Program-made: the position numbers and the translations under genes
Shown here: positions 1-14,199 of the stretch, one piece after another
How the letters are laid out: the number at the start of each line of letters is the position of its first letter
Numbering within the stretch: the stretch's first letter is position 1
Notes under the pieces: model-generated
Database searches by the model: none
What the model was told of the DNA's origin: nothing
What the model saw: only the letters and a program-made list of their open reading frames with translations
Source of the DNA: Eledone cirrhosa
Taxonomy: Eukaryota
Length of the DNA stretch: 64,000 nt
Assembly: GCA_964016885.1 (NCBI GenBank)
Contig: OZ024745.1
Location: forward strand, 74,896,001-74,960,000
Reading direction: 5' to 3'

Positions 1-208
1 TTTTTATCCCCAGCATCCTCTTTTGTTTTAACATTCGGGTTATGGTTATGTTTTCTTAACTTCATAAGGCATACTGTTGGTTGAGGGAATATTAATCAAA
101 AGTACCACATGAAAGTCTACACTGTTTTTAAGCCAAGAAAGGAACTCAACATTGTAACTTTAACACAGCTACTGAGCAGCCCCGAGCAACGCCAGGCTTT
201 ACTGCTAG
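1..208 (+). mobile_element. Helitron 3' end
   Basis: GC-rich hairpin agccccgagcaacgccaggct (178-198), then CTAG (205-208) followed by host T. Confidence 0.7.
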
Positions 209-336
209 TTAGTTATATTACTAAATCCCTCAAAAATTCCTGATTATTTTCAAAATTAATTGAAAATGATAACCAGTGTCTTTCATTAGAAATATGGCAA
301 CAAAAGAGTTAAACTGAGTAAAACAAATACACAAAC

Positions 337-446
337 CTGCCAGAACCGTCTGCATTTTCAGAAACACTCTTTTCAAGTAACTTCCATTGCTTCTTGAAAA
401 ATTCCCAATCTTCTGCCAGTATCTTATGTCTCATTTTCAGTGACTG
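337..446 (-). CDS. FAM193A: FAM193A-like exon (QSLKMRHKILAEDWEFFKKQWKLLEKSVSENADGSG); gene continues beyond the window start
   Basis: NAGNAG acceptor ttttccag|cag, donor ag|gtttgt, 110 nt. LxEDWExFK motif of FAM193A. Confidence 0.9.
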
Positions 447-2132
447 CTGGAAAATATATTGTATAGTAATTCAAACAGAAAAGATAATATTCATGTATGT
501 TTTTTTCTTTATCAACCAAAACTTTTGACACCAAACTGCCACTGGTTTTATGATACAAAACAGCAAATATTTATTCTAGTTGCTTCAGACAATACTGTTT
601 ATAAAAGCATTAGTTTTCCTCATGTCAACTACTATATATATATATATAGATGTTGGCGGGATTCTTTTCCAAATATATAGTTAGAAGCAACTATGATAAA
701 TATTTGTTGACCAATACACATGGGAGCAATATTTTACAAAGTGAAATTATATTCAGCATTCAATTAAATCCATTAATCAATTTAACTGAATGCTATCTCA
801 TTAATTATACACACAACATTGTGATAGCAACAATCACATTAACTTCAATGAAAGTTAAATCATGTTTATAACAAAGAGAAGTGATCACGAAAAAATATTC
901 AAACAAATTATTTATAAAAATATAATCAAGTCTAGACTATCACAAAAAATAAAGTAAATTTACAGTTCACAATTATGCAGTTGCATCTCATTGGAGGTTT
1001 CTCAGATGTTTTAATGATAGGAACTCTAGTCCTATCAAGAAAAGCAATGTGTCTTGCTTAAGAACACTGTATGTTGTCCTGTCCAGGAATTGAACCCACA
1101 ACCTGAGGATCATAAGTCTAACCACTAAGCCACAAGCATTCATTATTACAAAAAGGGATCATACAGTAACTTATGGCCACTTGAACATATCAATTTCACA
1201 ATATATTTTAATTTTAAAACTAACCATATATATTCTGAAATTTAAAAAGCAACATCTGCTTAATGTTAAATAAATGTTTAAAGTGTGTTTCTTTAGTTAA
1301 GGGTCAATATTTTTCACTCTGTTCAGATATCTTCAGTTGGTAAAATGTTTTTCAATTAAGGAATTAGAAGATGTAATTATCTAATTCAGAGCTCCCCAAG
1401 CTTTTCACATTGGCAACACACTTTTTAAAATATAATTTTTCAGGATATGTTAAATATGTTTTGTTACAACATTAAGTGTTTCAGGGTAATTTTCCTTGCT
1501 AAAACAGAAGTTTCCTTAACAGATTCCATGACAAACTTAATCATGTTTATCATGGGGGTCCTTTCTGATTTGTGACAGGATGGATGCCTTTCTTGGTGCA
1601 AACCCTTTTAGTTGCCTCTTATGACACAGGGATATGGTGTACATATTCTAAACTGGATACACATACTAAGTATTAATTAAGTTTTGTTAGTGACACATAA
1701 CAAATGAAATTAATAAATAAACAATTAAATATCATACCATGTGTCACCAGTGACAATGTGGTTAATTGTAAGCAAAGTTGTCAGATCTAAAATTATCATC
1801 ATTTAACGTGCATTTTCCATGCTACTTAATTTCATGAAACACTAAAATGTTGCAACACATAATTTAGAAACCTCTGACATAATTATATAAATGGTCACCA
1901 AGAAGAAGCTTTTTAAGATCATTTTCCCACTAAAGAAGAGCTTAGCCTTGCAGGCCCCATGATAGACTTCATAGTCATCATGGGGTCTGTTTTGAAACAA
2001 CGCTTTACAGCAAGATGCCATTTCTAGCACCAACCATTTTATGACGTACAGGACTATAAAGGATAAAAAAAATTGAAATTTTAATTTGGAAAAAAATATG
2101 CAATGCAGATGGAAATTAAAAAGGACACTTAC

Positions 2133-2277
2133 TTGTTCATCATTGTATGAAGCTATAAGCTTCTGCCGACATTTCCACATGAGTGATACTTTTTCCATAT
2201 CCTCTCCAAATTTACTGCTTCGATCAGATAGACTAGGATAGGACTCAACACCATTAACATCAGTTGTTGCAGCAGAA
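2133..2277 (-). CDS. FAM193A: FAM193A-like exon (SAATTDVNGVESYPSLSDRSSKFGEDMEKVSLMWKCRQKLIASYNDEQ)
   Basis: Acceptor ctttttaatag, donor caa|gtaagt, 145 nt, phase 2 to 0. W...QKxIxxYxDEQ ending as in FAM193A. Confidence 0.88.
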
Positions 2278-2681
2278 CTATTAAAAAGTGTACTGAGTTT
2301 AAATTTCTACAGACATAGACAAATAAGTCAAAAATATCCTTCAAAGTATTTTAATTGCTAAATTAAAGGTAATATTTCCAACTTAAAAAAGTTTGATTTT
2401 AGCTATTTTAAAAACAAAAAACTTAAATTTCATAGCGAAACCATTTTAAAAGACTTTCTGGAAAAGAAACCAGTTCGATATAAAGATGAATAAATGACTT
2501 TAAAATCAAAGGAATGTGGAGTTATGAACATACGTTTCAATAACCATTAATGATCAATGAAAACAATGTTGTCTCTGATTGAGATGAAATGAGAGTTTAT
2601 TTAAATGCATATAAAAAATTAGAAAACTCATTGCTAGAACAGCCGTTAAAAAAAGCTAAATGTTATCAAAGACAGTGATGG

Positions 2682-3000
2682 CAAAAATGCCTCAGAGGAC
2701 AGAGACCAGCAGCCAGTGCTCAACAGAGAGACAATCCGCAAAGTGAGTGACAGGCAGATGAAATAAATCTTTCTTCTGGTATGATGTGTGTGTAATAAAA
2801 CTAACAGCACAGACAGAAGGACAAAAGAAAACAAAGAAAAGGAAAATAATGAGATAGTGGACCTCAAGCTGAGGTGTTTGTCCTAAATAGAGAGCTATCT
2901 CCTTTCAATCTTTTCTATATTTCATCTGCCTGTCACCCACCTTGTGGATTGTCTCTGTTGACCACTGGTCACTGGTCTTTGTCCTCTGAGGTATATTTTG
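2682..3000. mobile_element. Foldback/MITE-like element with imperfect inverted arms of about 80 bp
   Basis: cctcagaggacagagaccag...gtgacaggcagatgaaata (2690-2765) versus tatttcatctgcctgtcac...ctggtctttgtcctctgagg (2918-2991). Confidence 0.7.
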
Positions 3001-3135
3001 ACAGTATTTATGTTCATACACAGGACAAAAACACTACCTAAGGTTTCAAGGCCCAATATTGACGATATTGCCAAAATGTAAGAGGTATCAAAATTGTGAC
3101 CCTATCTTCAGGTGCTTATTTTTCTTATAAATAAA

Positions 3136-3703
3136 TCATCATCATCATCATTTTACGTCCGCTCTTCCCTGCTTGCAAGGGTGGGACGGGTCTTATTCAG
3201 CACAGCATCTCTCCACTTGTCACGGTCCTTCGTCATCTCCACCGTGAGCTTCAGCGATCTGAGGTCTGTTCTCACCACCTCCGCCCATGTTTTTTGTGGT
3301 CTACCTCTACCACGTCTTCCTTCAACTGGCATTTCCTGGCACTTCTTCACCCATCGGTCATCCTCCATGCACATCACATGTCCATACCACCTCAGTCTCC
3401 TCTCCCGTACACTACATTTTATCCCTCTCAGACACTTTCTCTCTCAACACATTCATGCTGGGTCGTTCACGCACATTGACACTGCACATCCAACGGAGCA
3501 TGCTTGCCTCATTTCTCTCCAGTCGTCGCATATCCTCTGCAGTTGCTGCCCATGTCTCACTACCATGCAGCATCGCACTCCTCACACAGGCATCATATAA
3601 TCGGCCTTTCGTACGCAGGGAGAAACCCTTCTTCGTCAGCAGAGGAAGCAGCTCCCTAAACTTCTTCCAACCCGTCCTTATTCTAGATACTATGGCCTCG
3701 GAA
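3136..3703 (-). mobile_element. RTE LINE 3' fragment
   Basis: ORF 3153..3377 VEGRRGRGRPQKTW; (GAT)n tail; homologous to 9865-10430. Confidence 0.92.
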
Positions 3704-3873
3704 ATAAATATAATATATCAGCTCTCTTCCTGATTGAACACCGTTTTCCCTTTTCCTTTTTCGCACCTTCGGAAATTTCTACACAAATATATATATATAC
3801 ATATATATATAAAAGATAAACTATAGAAAAATCAAGAGAAGACATGAAATAGATGTTTCATTAAAATATTTAC

Positions 3874-3998
3874 TTGAGTTGCTTTAGTACCGCTGGCCAA
3901 TTGTCTTGAATAGATGGATTTGTATACACAATGGAGTGAAACAAATGACGATTGTAGAAATCCCACGTCACATCAAACTTCTTCCAATGGTCTTTCTC
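3874..3998 (-). CDS. FAM193A: FAM193A-like exon (EKDHWKKFDVTWDFYNRHLFHSIVYTNPSIQDNWPAVLKQL)
   Basis: Acceptor tttttcag, donor aa|gtaaat, 125 nt, phase 0 to 2. Aligns by eye to FAM193A ENEHLKKFQVTWELHNKHLF. Confidence 0.92.
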
Positions 3999-4434
3999 CT
4001 GAAAAATCATAATAAAAATTACAATGCATTCACGTTTTTTACATGGTATCTTTTAACAATCAAAGGCCAATTATACACTTTAACTTATAACCAATATTTA
4101 ACAATCTAGCAAATTGAAAATGATGAACTATTATATATATTGGGCAAATATATTTAAATTCAGACAAATGTTTAACGCTTTTGATACTGACCCACCTAAA
4201 ACCGCATCTGGTTCTATGATACAAAATTGTTTTAAAATATTTTATCATTATCAATCTAAAACCTTTTCACCATATTTCTACGTATGAATCTAAGTTATGC
4301 CCCAAACAGCAGCTTAATAATGAGGTTATTTATTTACCTAAATCCCTGCAAAAATGTTTGATTATTTTCAAAATGATATGTAATGTATTAGAAATATGGT
4401 GTTGCAAACTCTTTAACCTCACAATCGGGGTAGA

Positions 4435-4550
4435 GTGCTGCAATGGCTGAGCAGTTAAGAAGTCCTGAGTTCAGTCTCACTGTGTGATATCTTGGACAAA
4501 TGTTACTTATCCTAGCTTCAGGCTGAGCCAAATCTTGTGAGTGAAATTAG
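4435..4550 (+). mobile_element. CORE-type tRNA SINE (related copies at about 4750-4860 +, 9520-9652 -, 22178-22335 -, 43575-43685 -)
   Basis: A-box-like tggctgagcagttaag, B-box-like gagttcagtc, core cttggacaaatg, and a shared cttgtgagtgaaatt segment. Confidence 0.65.
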
Positions 4551-5090
4551 TTACCTGTAATTTAATGGTACAGTATCATCATGCCATGTCAACTAAGTCT
4601 ACTTGAAAATTGTCGAGGGTACCTGTGTCTGGAATATTCAGCCACAATGACAAGAGGCAGCATCCAATTGACCCTGTAAGGTGGTCATGCTGGTGACACA
4701 AGAAAAAAAGCACCCAGTCCACTCTGTGCCACAATACAAAGCACCTTTTGGTTTCAGCTTGTCCCACTGCATGGCACCTTCAGCATGTGTCCACTATAGC
4801 ATAAGATTGACCAATGCCTTGTGAGTGAAATTTGGTAAGTGGAAACAGCATGGAAGCTTATCATATATATGCAAGTGTGTATCTGTCCATGTCTTTGCTT
4901 ACATTTACTATATGTTTGTGCCTTGTAACTTACCAATTTCACAAAAAAGCAGATCAATAAAATATGTATCAGCAATGAAAAAAATTTAAGTACTGAGATT
5001 GATATGATCAACTAAAACTCCTTTCAAAGTGATGTTCCAATATGGTCACTAAAACCAACAAAAGAGTAAAAGAATATTAAAAATACTTAC

Positions 5091-5301
5091 CAGTTCAGTT
5101 AATATGTCTGATACTTTAGATGCAGCTTGACATAATTGTCTATATTCATCAAAAAGGAGAAAAACAAAGTCCCTTGCTTCATTAGGACACCTGTATTCAA
5201 TGTCTAACTGTTCTAATAACTTCTCCCTTTTTTCTATCACAAATTCTTTAGCCTGCGATTCTAACCGCATAAATAATTGGTGTGTATCTCTTGTATATAA
5301 T
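5091..5301 (-). CDS. FAM193A: FAM193A-like exon (LYTRDTHQLFMRLESQAKEFVIEKREKLLEQL...EARDFVFLLFDEYRQLCQAASKVSDILTEL)
   Basis: Inside ORF 5049..5321. Acceptor ttctttgtag, donor ctg|gtaagt, 211 nt, phase 2 to 0. Strong resemblance to FAM193A RDPxQLxxRLExQAREyVxE and LLLEEYxxLCQAA. Confidence 0.92.
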
Positions 5302-6397
5302 CTACAAAGAAAGAATATCAAGTACTAATAAACACTGAAGTATATCATATGAATGCAATTAAAAATGTTTAAAACAATTTTTTTTGGGGTCACATTAAAA
5401 TAATAGTTTCTGATTTAGGCACATGGTCAACAATTTTGGAGAGGGCAAAATCGATTAAATTACCCCAGTGCATTACTGGTACTTTATTTTATCGAGCCCG
5501 CAAGGATGAAAAGCAAGGTTTAACCTCAGCTCGATTTGAAATCAGAACATAGCACTCTACTGAAACTGCCAATCCACTGCCCCTTTTTTACATTAAAATA
5601 AAGGTTCCTAATTTAGGCATAGAGCCAATAATTTGAGAGGAGAGGGAAATTTAACTAAATCAACCCCAGTATTTGACTGGTGCTATTTTATCAACCTTAG
5701 AAGAAGGATGAACACAAAATTGACCTTGCTACGATTTAAACTCAGAGCTGGAATACGATTTTGCCAAATACTCTAATCATTCTGCCAATCCACTGCCCTT
5801 TTTAAAATTAAAATAACGGTATTAATTATTAACTCCATATAGGTACAGGCCTGGTTAGATGTTTAGAAAATATTCTCAATTATTCTTTAAATATCACCAG
5901 TCAACCCATTGACATAAATTAATTAAAAAAATAATAAAACTAAGTATAAACATAGTGAGAATGAAATAAGGAAGAATTATGATAGGTGGTCACTAGAGAG
6001 GAATTAAACCCATCAATTAATGATGCAACAAGAAGCTGTGTTGAAAAATTAACTTGTTTCTACGAGGACTGTATTTGTATTTTTAAACTTACATAGTTGT
6101 GTCCCCCTTGTTTATACAAACAATATATTTTTGTTTCAAAAAGAGTGCTGCACCCACGATAAAATACACGTGTAGGTGTCACGAAAAAAAGCACCTAGTA
6201 GACACTGTAAATGTGGTTGGCATTAGGAAGGGCATCTAGCTGTAGAAACTAAGCCAAAATCAATTCTGTATGAGCAAGACATGGTCATCTGACCTGGCCT
6301 GTCTCACAATAGGACAACTTGTCTAACCCATGCCAGCATGGAAAAATTAATGTTAAACGATGATGATGATATAAATAAAATTAAGAGAGAAATTTAC

Positions 6398-6568
6398 CTA
6401 TGAACATTTTCTTTCACTTGAATATCATAAAGTGTTGAATTTTCAGATGATATATTTTTACTATTTGGATTTCTAAATGCTTCACTGTAATGATTTTTTA
6501 CAGCTTTCCTCATTTCTGACCAACTTTTTTGAAAATCAACAGCTTCCATACCATGTTCTTCCTTTTGT
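6398..6568 (-). CDS. FAM193A: FAM193A-like exon (QKEEHGMEAVDFQKSWSEMRKAVKNHYSEAF...VKENVHR)
   Basis: Acceptor ttttcttctag, donor ag|gtaaat, 171 nt, phase 2 to 2. WSExR..V...Y and VKExVxR motifs match FAM193A. Confidence 0.88.
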
Positions 6569-6731
6569 CTAGAAGAAAATGTACCAGAGGCAGCATTAGC
6601 TTTACATATAACTCAGTAATATGTAATCTTAACATTAAATCAAAATAGTAGTTTTTTCTTGTTATTTGCAATGGTATCTCATATATGTATGTGTGTATAT
6701 CTTATGCTAGCAAGGAAAGAAGCTATGAATT

Positions 6732-7637
<906 letters not shown>

Positions 7638-8083
7638 TGAAAAAATTCATAAATTCTTATATGTTTATTCTACATAAAAATATATATGCTTTCATATACA
7701 CCCCTATGATGAACAATGCTATATTAGTGCAACTTCTAATCACCTCAAACCAGCCAAGTTCATGCTGTATGCAAATAAGCATTCCCAGCAGATGTTTGAT
7801 TTGCATCATATGCAAATGAGCATCCCCAGCCAAAGTTTCATATGCAAAAACCATATAGGCTTTAGTCTATTCTTCACTCAGTAATGAGTGAGTAAATGTT
7901 ACCAATCATGGATAAATATCCAGAAATATCTGTCTGGCATTCACTACTGAGATGCTGTGACATGATCACTGCTTTAAAAAAATTCATAGTGAGACTCTCA
8001 TGTTTATTATACATAAAAATATTGCATATGCTTTCATATACACACCTATGATGAACCATGCTGATAGTGCCACTTCTTTTATT

Positions 8084-8147
<64 letters not shown>

Positions 8148-8718
8148 TCACTGTCCTCACCATCATTTAATATCTATTTTTCCATGGGTTGGACTAGCCA
8201 TCACAGTCTAAGTCAGTATGTAATTGGAGCTACTGTCTCCAGAGAGGTTCTGTCTCATAGGAGGTATCTCAGATGTTTTAATAACAGGAATGCCAGTCTT
8301 ATGAAAAACAATGTGAAATGAAGCACCTTGCTCAAGAACAGAACAGACCACTCAGTTCAGGAATCAAACCCACAACTTTATGATCATGAGTCCAACAGCC
8401 TAACCATGTGCCTTCACAGCCAATTTGCAGCTTTTATTCAAACCACGATAAAAACAAAGAATAAAATCACATTCAGCTTTCAGTCTCCAACTGTTGTATG
8501 TTTTCCATAAAATGTTCTGTTTTCAAAATAAACAACCTACTCCTTATCTATAGAGCAGAAACTACTGGTAATGAAGTAATGAAGTATGTATAATATACAA
8601 GCAACAAATCTATTCACCAAAAAAATATGACTAAAAGTTCCTTTAGCTGTCTGGTCAGAAATGGAGGGGAGGGGAACAAATAATTATATATAGTAATAAA
8701 TAACAAATATTTCCTTAC

Positions 8719-8828
8719 CTTTTTTCAAGACATGTAACACAGGAACAAACCAACCCATTAGGAGTGGAATCATTATTTGATGAAGAATTCATTTCTTTTA
8801 GAATTGGTAAAGATTTTGAATTTATATA
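8719..8828 (-). CDS. FAM193A: FAM193A-like exon (YINSKSLPILKEMNSSSNNDSTPNGLVCSCVTCLEKR)
   Basis: Acceptor tttaatttttag, donor ag|gtaagg, 110 nt, phase 0 to 2. CxCxxC-x-E-x-R motif as in FAM193A. Confidence 0.85.
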
Positions 8829-9864
8829 CTAAAAATTAAAAAAAAATTATTTTACTGAGGAAGTAAAATGAAAACAGATATTTCTTCCTCAAATTCTACA
8901 CGGAAAACATTTAAATACTTTCAACTAATCTGATATGAAATTTAAGGTTCAATTTAAATCAACTATTTCCCACTTTAAAAAGTCAGTCAAAGTTTGCTGG
9001 AAAATGTTTTTGCTTCAGTCCCCAGCTTGTGCACATCTTGGGCATATGTCATGACAATAACCTTAGGTTCACCCCTCGCCTTATTAGTGAAACTCTATAG
9101 ACGTCTGTTAGATGGATTATACATGTAAATCCAAGTCCGGACTTGTCACATATTGCCCCCCTCCCCTCCCCATTTGGCTTGCGAATTACATTATGGATAC
9201 ATGTTTCTGTGGAATACTCAGCCATTTACATGTTAATTTAATGAGTTGGATAATTAGTTGATCAAACAAATGAATTCATTGCTTATGTAAATCATAAAGA
9301 AAATTCCCTGTTTGCTTTAACCATTTTGTTGCCAATTTAAATTAAAATCTTCCAACATAATTTAATATAAAAATCTTACATTAAGTTACTATCTTAGTAA
9401 TGAAATAATTAATAATTTTAGTAAATCCCTCAAAATTCTTCATTAACTAATTAAAATAGAGTGTATTTCATTAGAAATGCAGTCATGAAAGGGTTAAGTG
9501 TTTGTGACTGTCATACACAGACACATGGTCTTCCTCAGGTCCTTCCAACCCAATTCACTCACAAGGCATTGGTTAACCTGAGGCGCTATGCAGTAGGATC
9601 GAACCTGAAACTACATAGTTGCGAAATGAACTTAACAACACAGCCATGCCTGCACCAAACAGAAAACATCCATGTGGGTACACAAGCAACTGAAACACTG
9701 AATCACCACTAATGCACTTAACATCCTGTAATGATTTAGCATAAAATATCTAAAAACAAGTATCTATATCTTTTCTAGTGGACAGATCATTTTTCATGTG
9801 ATGCAGTCATAAGTGCAGTTTTGTATTTTTTAAGACTGTTTTCCTAATACAAGTTAATGTGGTA

Positions 9865-12315
9865 TCCTCATCATCATTTTACGTCCGCTTTTCCCTGCTT
9901 GTAAGGGTTGGACGGGTCCTATTCAGCACAGTATCTCTCCACTTGTCACGGTCCTTCGTCATTTCCTCGGTGAGTTTCAGCGATCTGAGGTCTGCTTTCA
10001 CCATCTCCGCCCATGTTTTTCGTGGTCTACCTCTACTGCGTCTTCCTTCTATTGGGATTTCTTGGCACTTCTTTACCCAGCGGTCATCCTCCATGCACAT
10101 CACATGTCCATACCATCTCAGCCTTCTCTCCTGCACAACTTATCCGTCTTATACCCAGTTTCTTTCTCAACTTGTCTAGGCTTGGCCATTCACGCACATT
10201 GACACTGCACATCCAACAGAGCATACTTACTTCATTTCTCTCTAGCCGTTGCATATCCTCTGCAGTTGCTGTCCATGTCCATGTCTCACTACCATGCAGC
10301 ATCGCGCATCTCACATAGGCCTCATATAACCGTCCTTTCGTAAGCAGGGAGAAACCCTTCTTTGTCAACAGAGGAAGCAGCTCCTTAAACTTCTTCCAAC
10401 CCGTCTTTATTCTAGATACTATGGCCTCGGAACACCCCGCCTCCCATGTTAATCTGATCACCTAGGTACTGGAAGCTATCAACCACTTCTATAGAACCCA
10501 CCTGCATTGGAAAAATGTGTATCACTGCGATTACTACTGCTAACTTTCCCTGTACATCTACTGCATACATAGTTTTCCCTACCTGTTAGTTTGCCTGCTA
10601 TCCCACTATATCTCTTGTGTACTCAAGATCTGCATTGCGTACATTTTATGGAATTTATACCAGTCCCTTTCCTAAATATCAAACATGGCCATTTCCCTGA
10701 TGGAATCAGAGTATTGTCCTCTCTTCTACTTATCAACACTTTTCTCTTAGCTATGTTCACTCTCAGTCCCCTTGATTCCAACTGCTGTTTCCATAGCCAG
10801 AATTTATTCGCTAGCTCCTCTATTGATTCTGCTATAAGAACCAGATCATCAGCATAGAGAAGCTCCCATGGGCAGCTAGTCTTAAACTCCTCTGTTGTGG
10901 CTTGGAGGACTATAATGAACAAGAGTAGGCTGAGGACCGAACCCTGATGTACACCTGCTTGTATCTGGAATTCCTCACTAAACTCCATACCTACTCTCAC
11001 TTTACTGACAGCACCCCTGTACATAGCTTGCACTGTCCTCACAAGCCATTCCTCTACACCTAGTTTCCTTACGGACCACCACATGACAGATCAAAGTACC
11101 CTATCAAAGACCTTCTCTAGGTCAACAAAAGCTAAATATAGTGGCTTATTCTTCTCTAAGAACTTCTCTTGTAGTTGACTCACTAAGAAGAGGGCATCTG
11201 TTGTACTTTTCCCAGACACAAAACCAAACTGCATCTCATCTAATTTGACCCTTTCTCTAATCAGTTACGCTAATATTGTCTCTGAAACTTTCATAACCTG
11301 ATCCATCAACTTTATGCCCCTATAATTGCTCCTCTCTAGAGCATCCCCTTTACCTTTGTAGCAATTTATGAGAATACTGCTGTACCAGTCTTTGGGTATG
11401 ACACCACCATATATAGCTTGATTGATGATGTGTGCAACCAGTTTAGTTCCTACTTCTCCTGATGCCTTCAGCATCTCAGCAACTATCCCCGACGGTCCAG
11501 CAGCCTTACCATTCTTCATTTCCTTAATTGCCTCTTGTACCCTATATTCGTCAATCTCAATAGCTGGTCCCTCTGTCGAGTCTACTGGTCGTAATTTCTC
11601 TCTCTCCCATTCGTTCTCCACATTCATCAGTCTCTCATAGTGGCATTTCCAGGCCTCCTTTTTTTTGATAATTCATGACACACTTATCTCCAACATCCTG
11701 ATTTGCACTGACACACTGCCTTGCAATGCGGAACACTGCACGTCTCTGATCTTCCCGTCGCAGAACATTGGCAAACCTGCTACTCTCAGTCTCCCTGCGT
11801 GCTAAGTACACCCGATGTCTATCTTCTCTCTTAGCGGCTGTGTATCCTTCCCTACTCCCACCATTTTTCTAAGCCTTCCATGCCAGTCTTTTGTCTCTAA
11901 TGGGCCTATCTACCGTGCTGTTCCACCACCAGGTCACTCTCTTCTGGTTGAAGCTCTGCCCCAACCACAAGTTTCTTCAGTAGCCTGCAGTTGTCACGCA
12001 AGAAATTCCAGTTATCATCTATGTCATACAACTCTAAATCGTCTTCTTTTTCGTGATACACGTCTTGATATTTTAATGAAAGGTCTACAACTAATCTAAG
12101 CTTAATTATTCTATTACTAACTCTAACTACTCTATTGTCTTATTGATCCATCTCTCAGCCAGTAATATGCTCACCCCACCTAACCCATCATCATTACCCA
12201 CCCAGAAAAGCTTATAACTACGATGTTTGCCTTAGTCTTGCAGAGGCACCTCTCCATCTCACCTCTTGCACACAGCACACATCCACATGCCTTCTCTCCA
12301 GCATCTCCGCTATCT
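9865..12315 (-). mobile_element. RTE-clade LINE, disrupted and internally deleted (EN fragment, RT, PHD-like finger, 3' (GAT)n tail)
   Basis: ORFs 12218..12451 (VDVCCVQEVRW), 11265..11627 (KAAGPSG, NYRGIKL), 10623..11084 (GVHQGSVLS, LLYADD) and 9879..10461. Confidence 0.93.
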
Positions 12316-12896
12316 GGTAGAGGATATTAAAAGTTAAACAGCTTACTAAACACTTTTTTATATCAAAAATTAACTTTGCAATAAATATTCTGATTGATTT
12401 CCTCAGAGCCTTAAAAACATTATTACTTAAATGTTTAGACTTCATTTTCAAGAATTTCTATGGATGAGAGAGAGAGAGTGTGTGTGTGAGTGTATATATG
12501 TGTGTCTATGTGAGTGTGCATCAGTGTCCTTGTTATTAGAATTAGAAATGGTCAACAAATATGGAAGATAGTTCAGTTGTTTTGACAACTTTTATGTTAA
12601 GCGTTTATCTATAAAATGGCTATGTTGCTTATTTGCAAAGTGAAAGAGATGCTATATACCGAAAAACTACTATCTATGGATTAACTCTTAACATCCTGTA
12701 ATGATTTAGCAGAAAATATGAAAAAAAGGCAGGTTGTGAATTCAAATGTTTATAATATCTTTACTAGTACACAGAATATTGTGAAAAGATGCAGTCATAA
12801 TACTGTTTTATTCTTTTCAATGTGGTTTCATGCATCATAGGACATTAAGAGTTAAAATCCAATGAGAGAGAGAGAGAGAGATTTAAAAATAAATAC

Positions 12897-12946
12897 CTTT
12901 GAAGAATGGTTAATAGCCTCCTGATGCTTTGCAACTTTTTCACTAT
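12897..12946 (-). CDS. FAM193A: FAM193A-like small exon ((D)SEKVAKHQEAINHSSK)
   Basis: Acceptor attttgcag, donor aag|gtattt, 50 nt, phase 1 to 0. It exactly bridges the neighbouring exons but has no recognisable motif of its own. Confidence 0.6.
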
Positions 12947-13179
12947 CTGCAAAATACATGTGATTAATAACATTAAACAGGCATCATCATCACGATCATT
13001 CTCATTTAACGTCTGTGCTAGAAAGACAAAAACAAACTTATAAATCAGACATAATTCAGGTTCCATTTCTGGCAGAGAAATTAACAGGAAACAATTTTAA
13101 TGACACGGTGGAATGACTGATTGAAAGAAACAACTTTGTAGTAATGAAATAAAGACAAAATATTCATCTTTGTCGGCAT

Positions 13180-13880
13180 TGTCATCATCATCACATGTTT
13201 TTCTACACTTGGGTGGATTAAGCAATTCCTTTCTAAAACAGTCCCACCACTTGCGTTCCTATGAAAGGTTCAACATCGTAAGATCAGCTTTCAACACTAC
13301 TACCTACATTTCTCTTGCTCTTCCTTTTACTTGGCACACCTGACACCTCTTTCTTTACCTAATTGCCATCATCCATGTTCCATGTCCATATTAACAATTT
13401 TATCTCTTGCACACACCATCCAAATCCTCTTATACCCAATTCTCTCAACTCATCTGTGCTTTGTTATTCATGCCCAAATATGTCACATCCAGTGGAGCAT
13501 GTTCACTTTGTTGCTTTCCAGCCTTTGTACATCTTCAGTATTCAATACTCATGTCTCACTATCACACAATATTGTACTATATACACAAACATTATGGTGG
13601 ATTGGCAGTATCGGTAGAGGGTCGGACGTCATGCTTTGATGCATAGAGTTACGGCCCTTTCCATTCTGAGTTCAAATCCCGCCGAGGTCAACTTTGCCTT
13701 TCATCCAAAATAAAGTACCAGTAATGTACTCAGTAATTGCTGGCCTTGTTCCAAAAGTAGAAACAATTATACAAACTACCTTTTGCTCATTGCCAGCAGA
13801 AGTAACAGCATTCTGAACTTTTCCACTCTAGCTACTGTGCTTTCTGAACAACCACTTCCACTGATGATTAGATAAAATTT
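13180..13880 (-). mobile_element. Old RTE LINE 3' fragment interrupted by a SINE
   Basis: Degenerate similarity to 9865-10450 on both sides of the SINE at 13595-13770. Confidence 0.6.
13595..13770 (+). mobile_element. tRNA-derived SINE with a Deu/Nin-type core (related copies at 36615-36790 +, 5405-5582 -, 5603-5798 -, 31560-31780 -)
   Basis: B-box GAGTTCAAATCC followed by gccgaggtcaactttgcctttcatcc...ataaagtaccag. Confidence 0.75.
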
Positions 13881-14199
13881 ATCATCTTGTAATTTCAGGC
13901 TGGTTTATTAAGAGCTTCATTGCATTGAAAGAGTACAAATTTAACTCGATATCTTGGATAAATAAATATGATCAAGCCAGCAAAAGAAGCCTCTACGTAG
14001 TTGTCAGGCCTGCTAGATGTAGCAATCAAATCTCCTTCAAATTATACCTTACTATCTTAAATGATACATTACTTTGGGCAATGTAATCCCTAATATATAA
14101 AAAAAAAATAAGAGGGTCATGGCTGGAGTACATTTGATCTGTTTAATCTAAGCTGAGATAGTGCTAAACTGCAACATAAATACCATATACATACAACAC

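Noticed and set aside
2278-2306. Alternative acceptor at 2306 for the 2133 exon
   Set aside because: Wrong phase for the upstream exon; it leads to a stop (frame of ORF 2153..2344).
13595-13690. tRNA gene
   Set aside because: Only A/B-box remnants of a SINE head; no cloverleaf.
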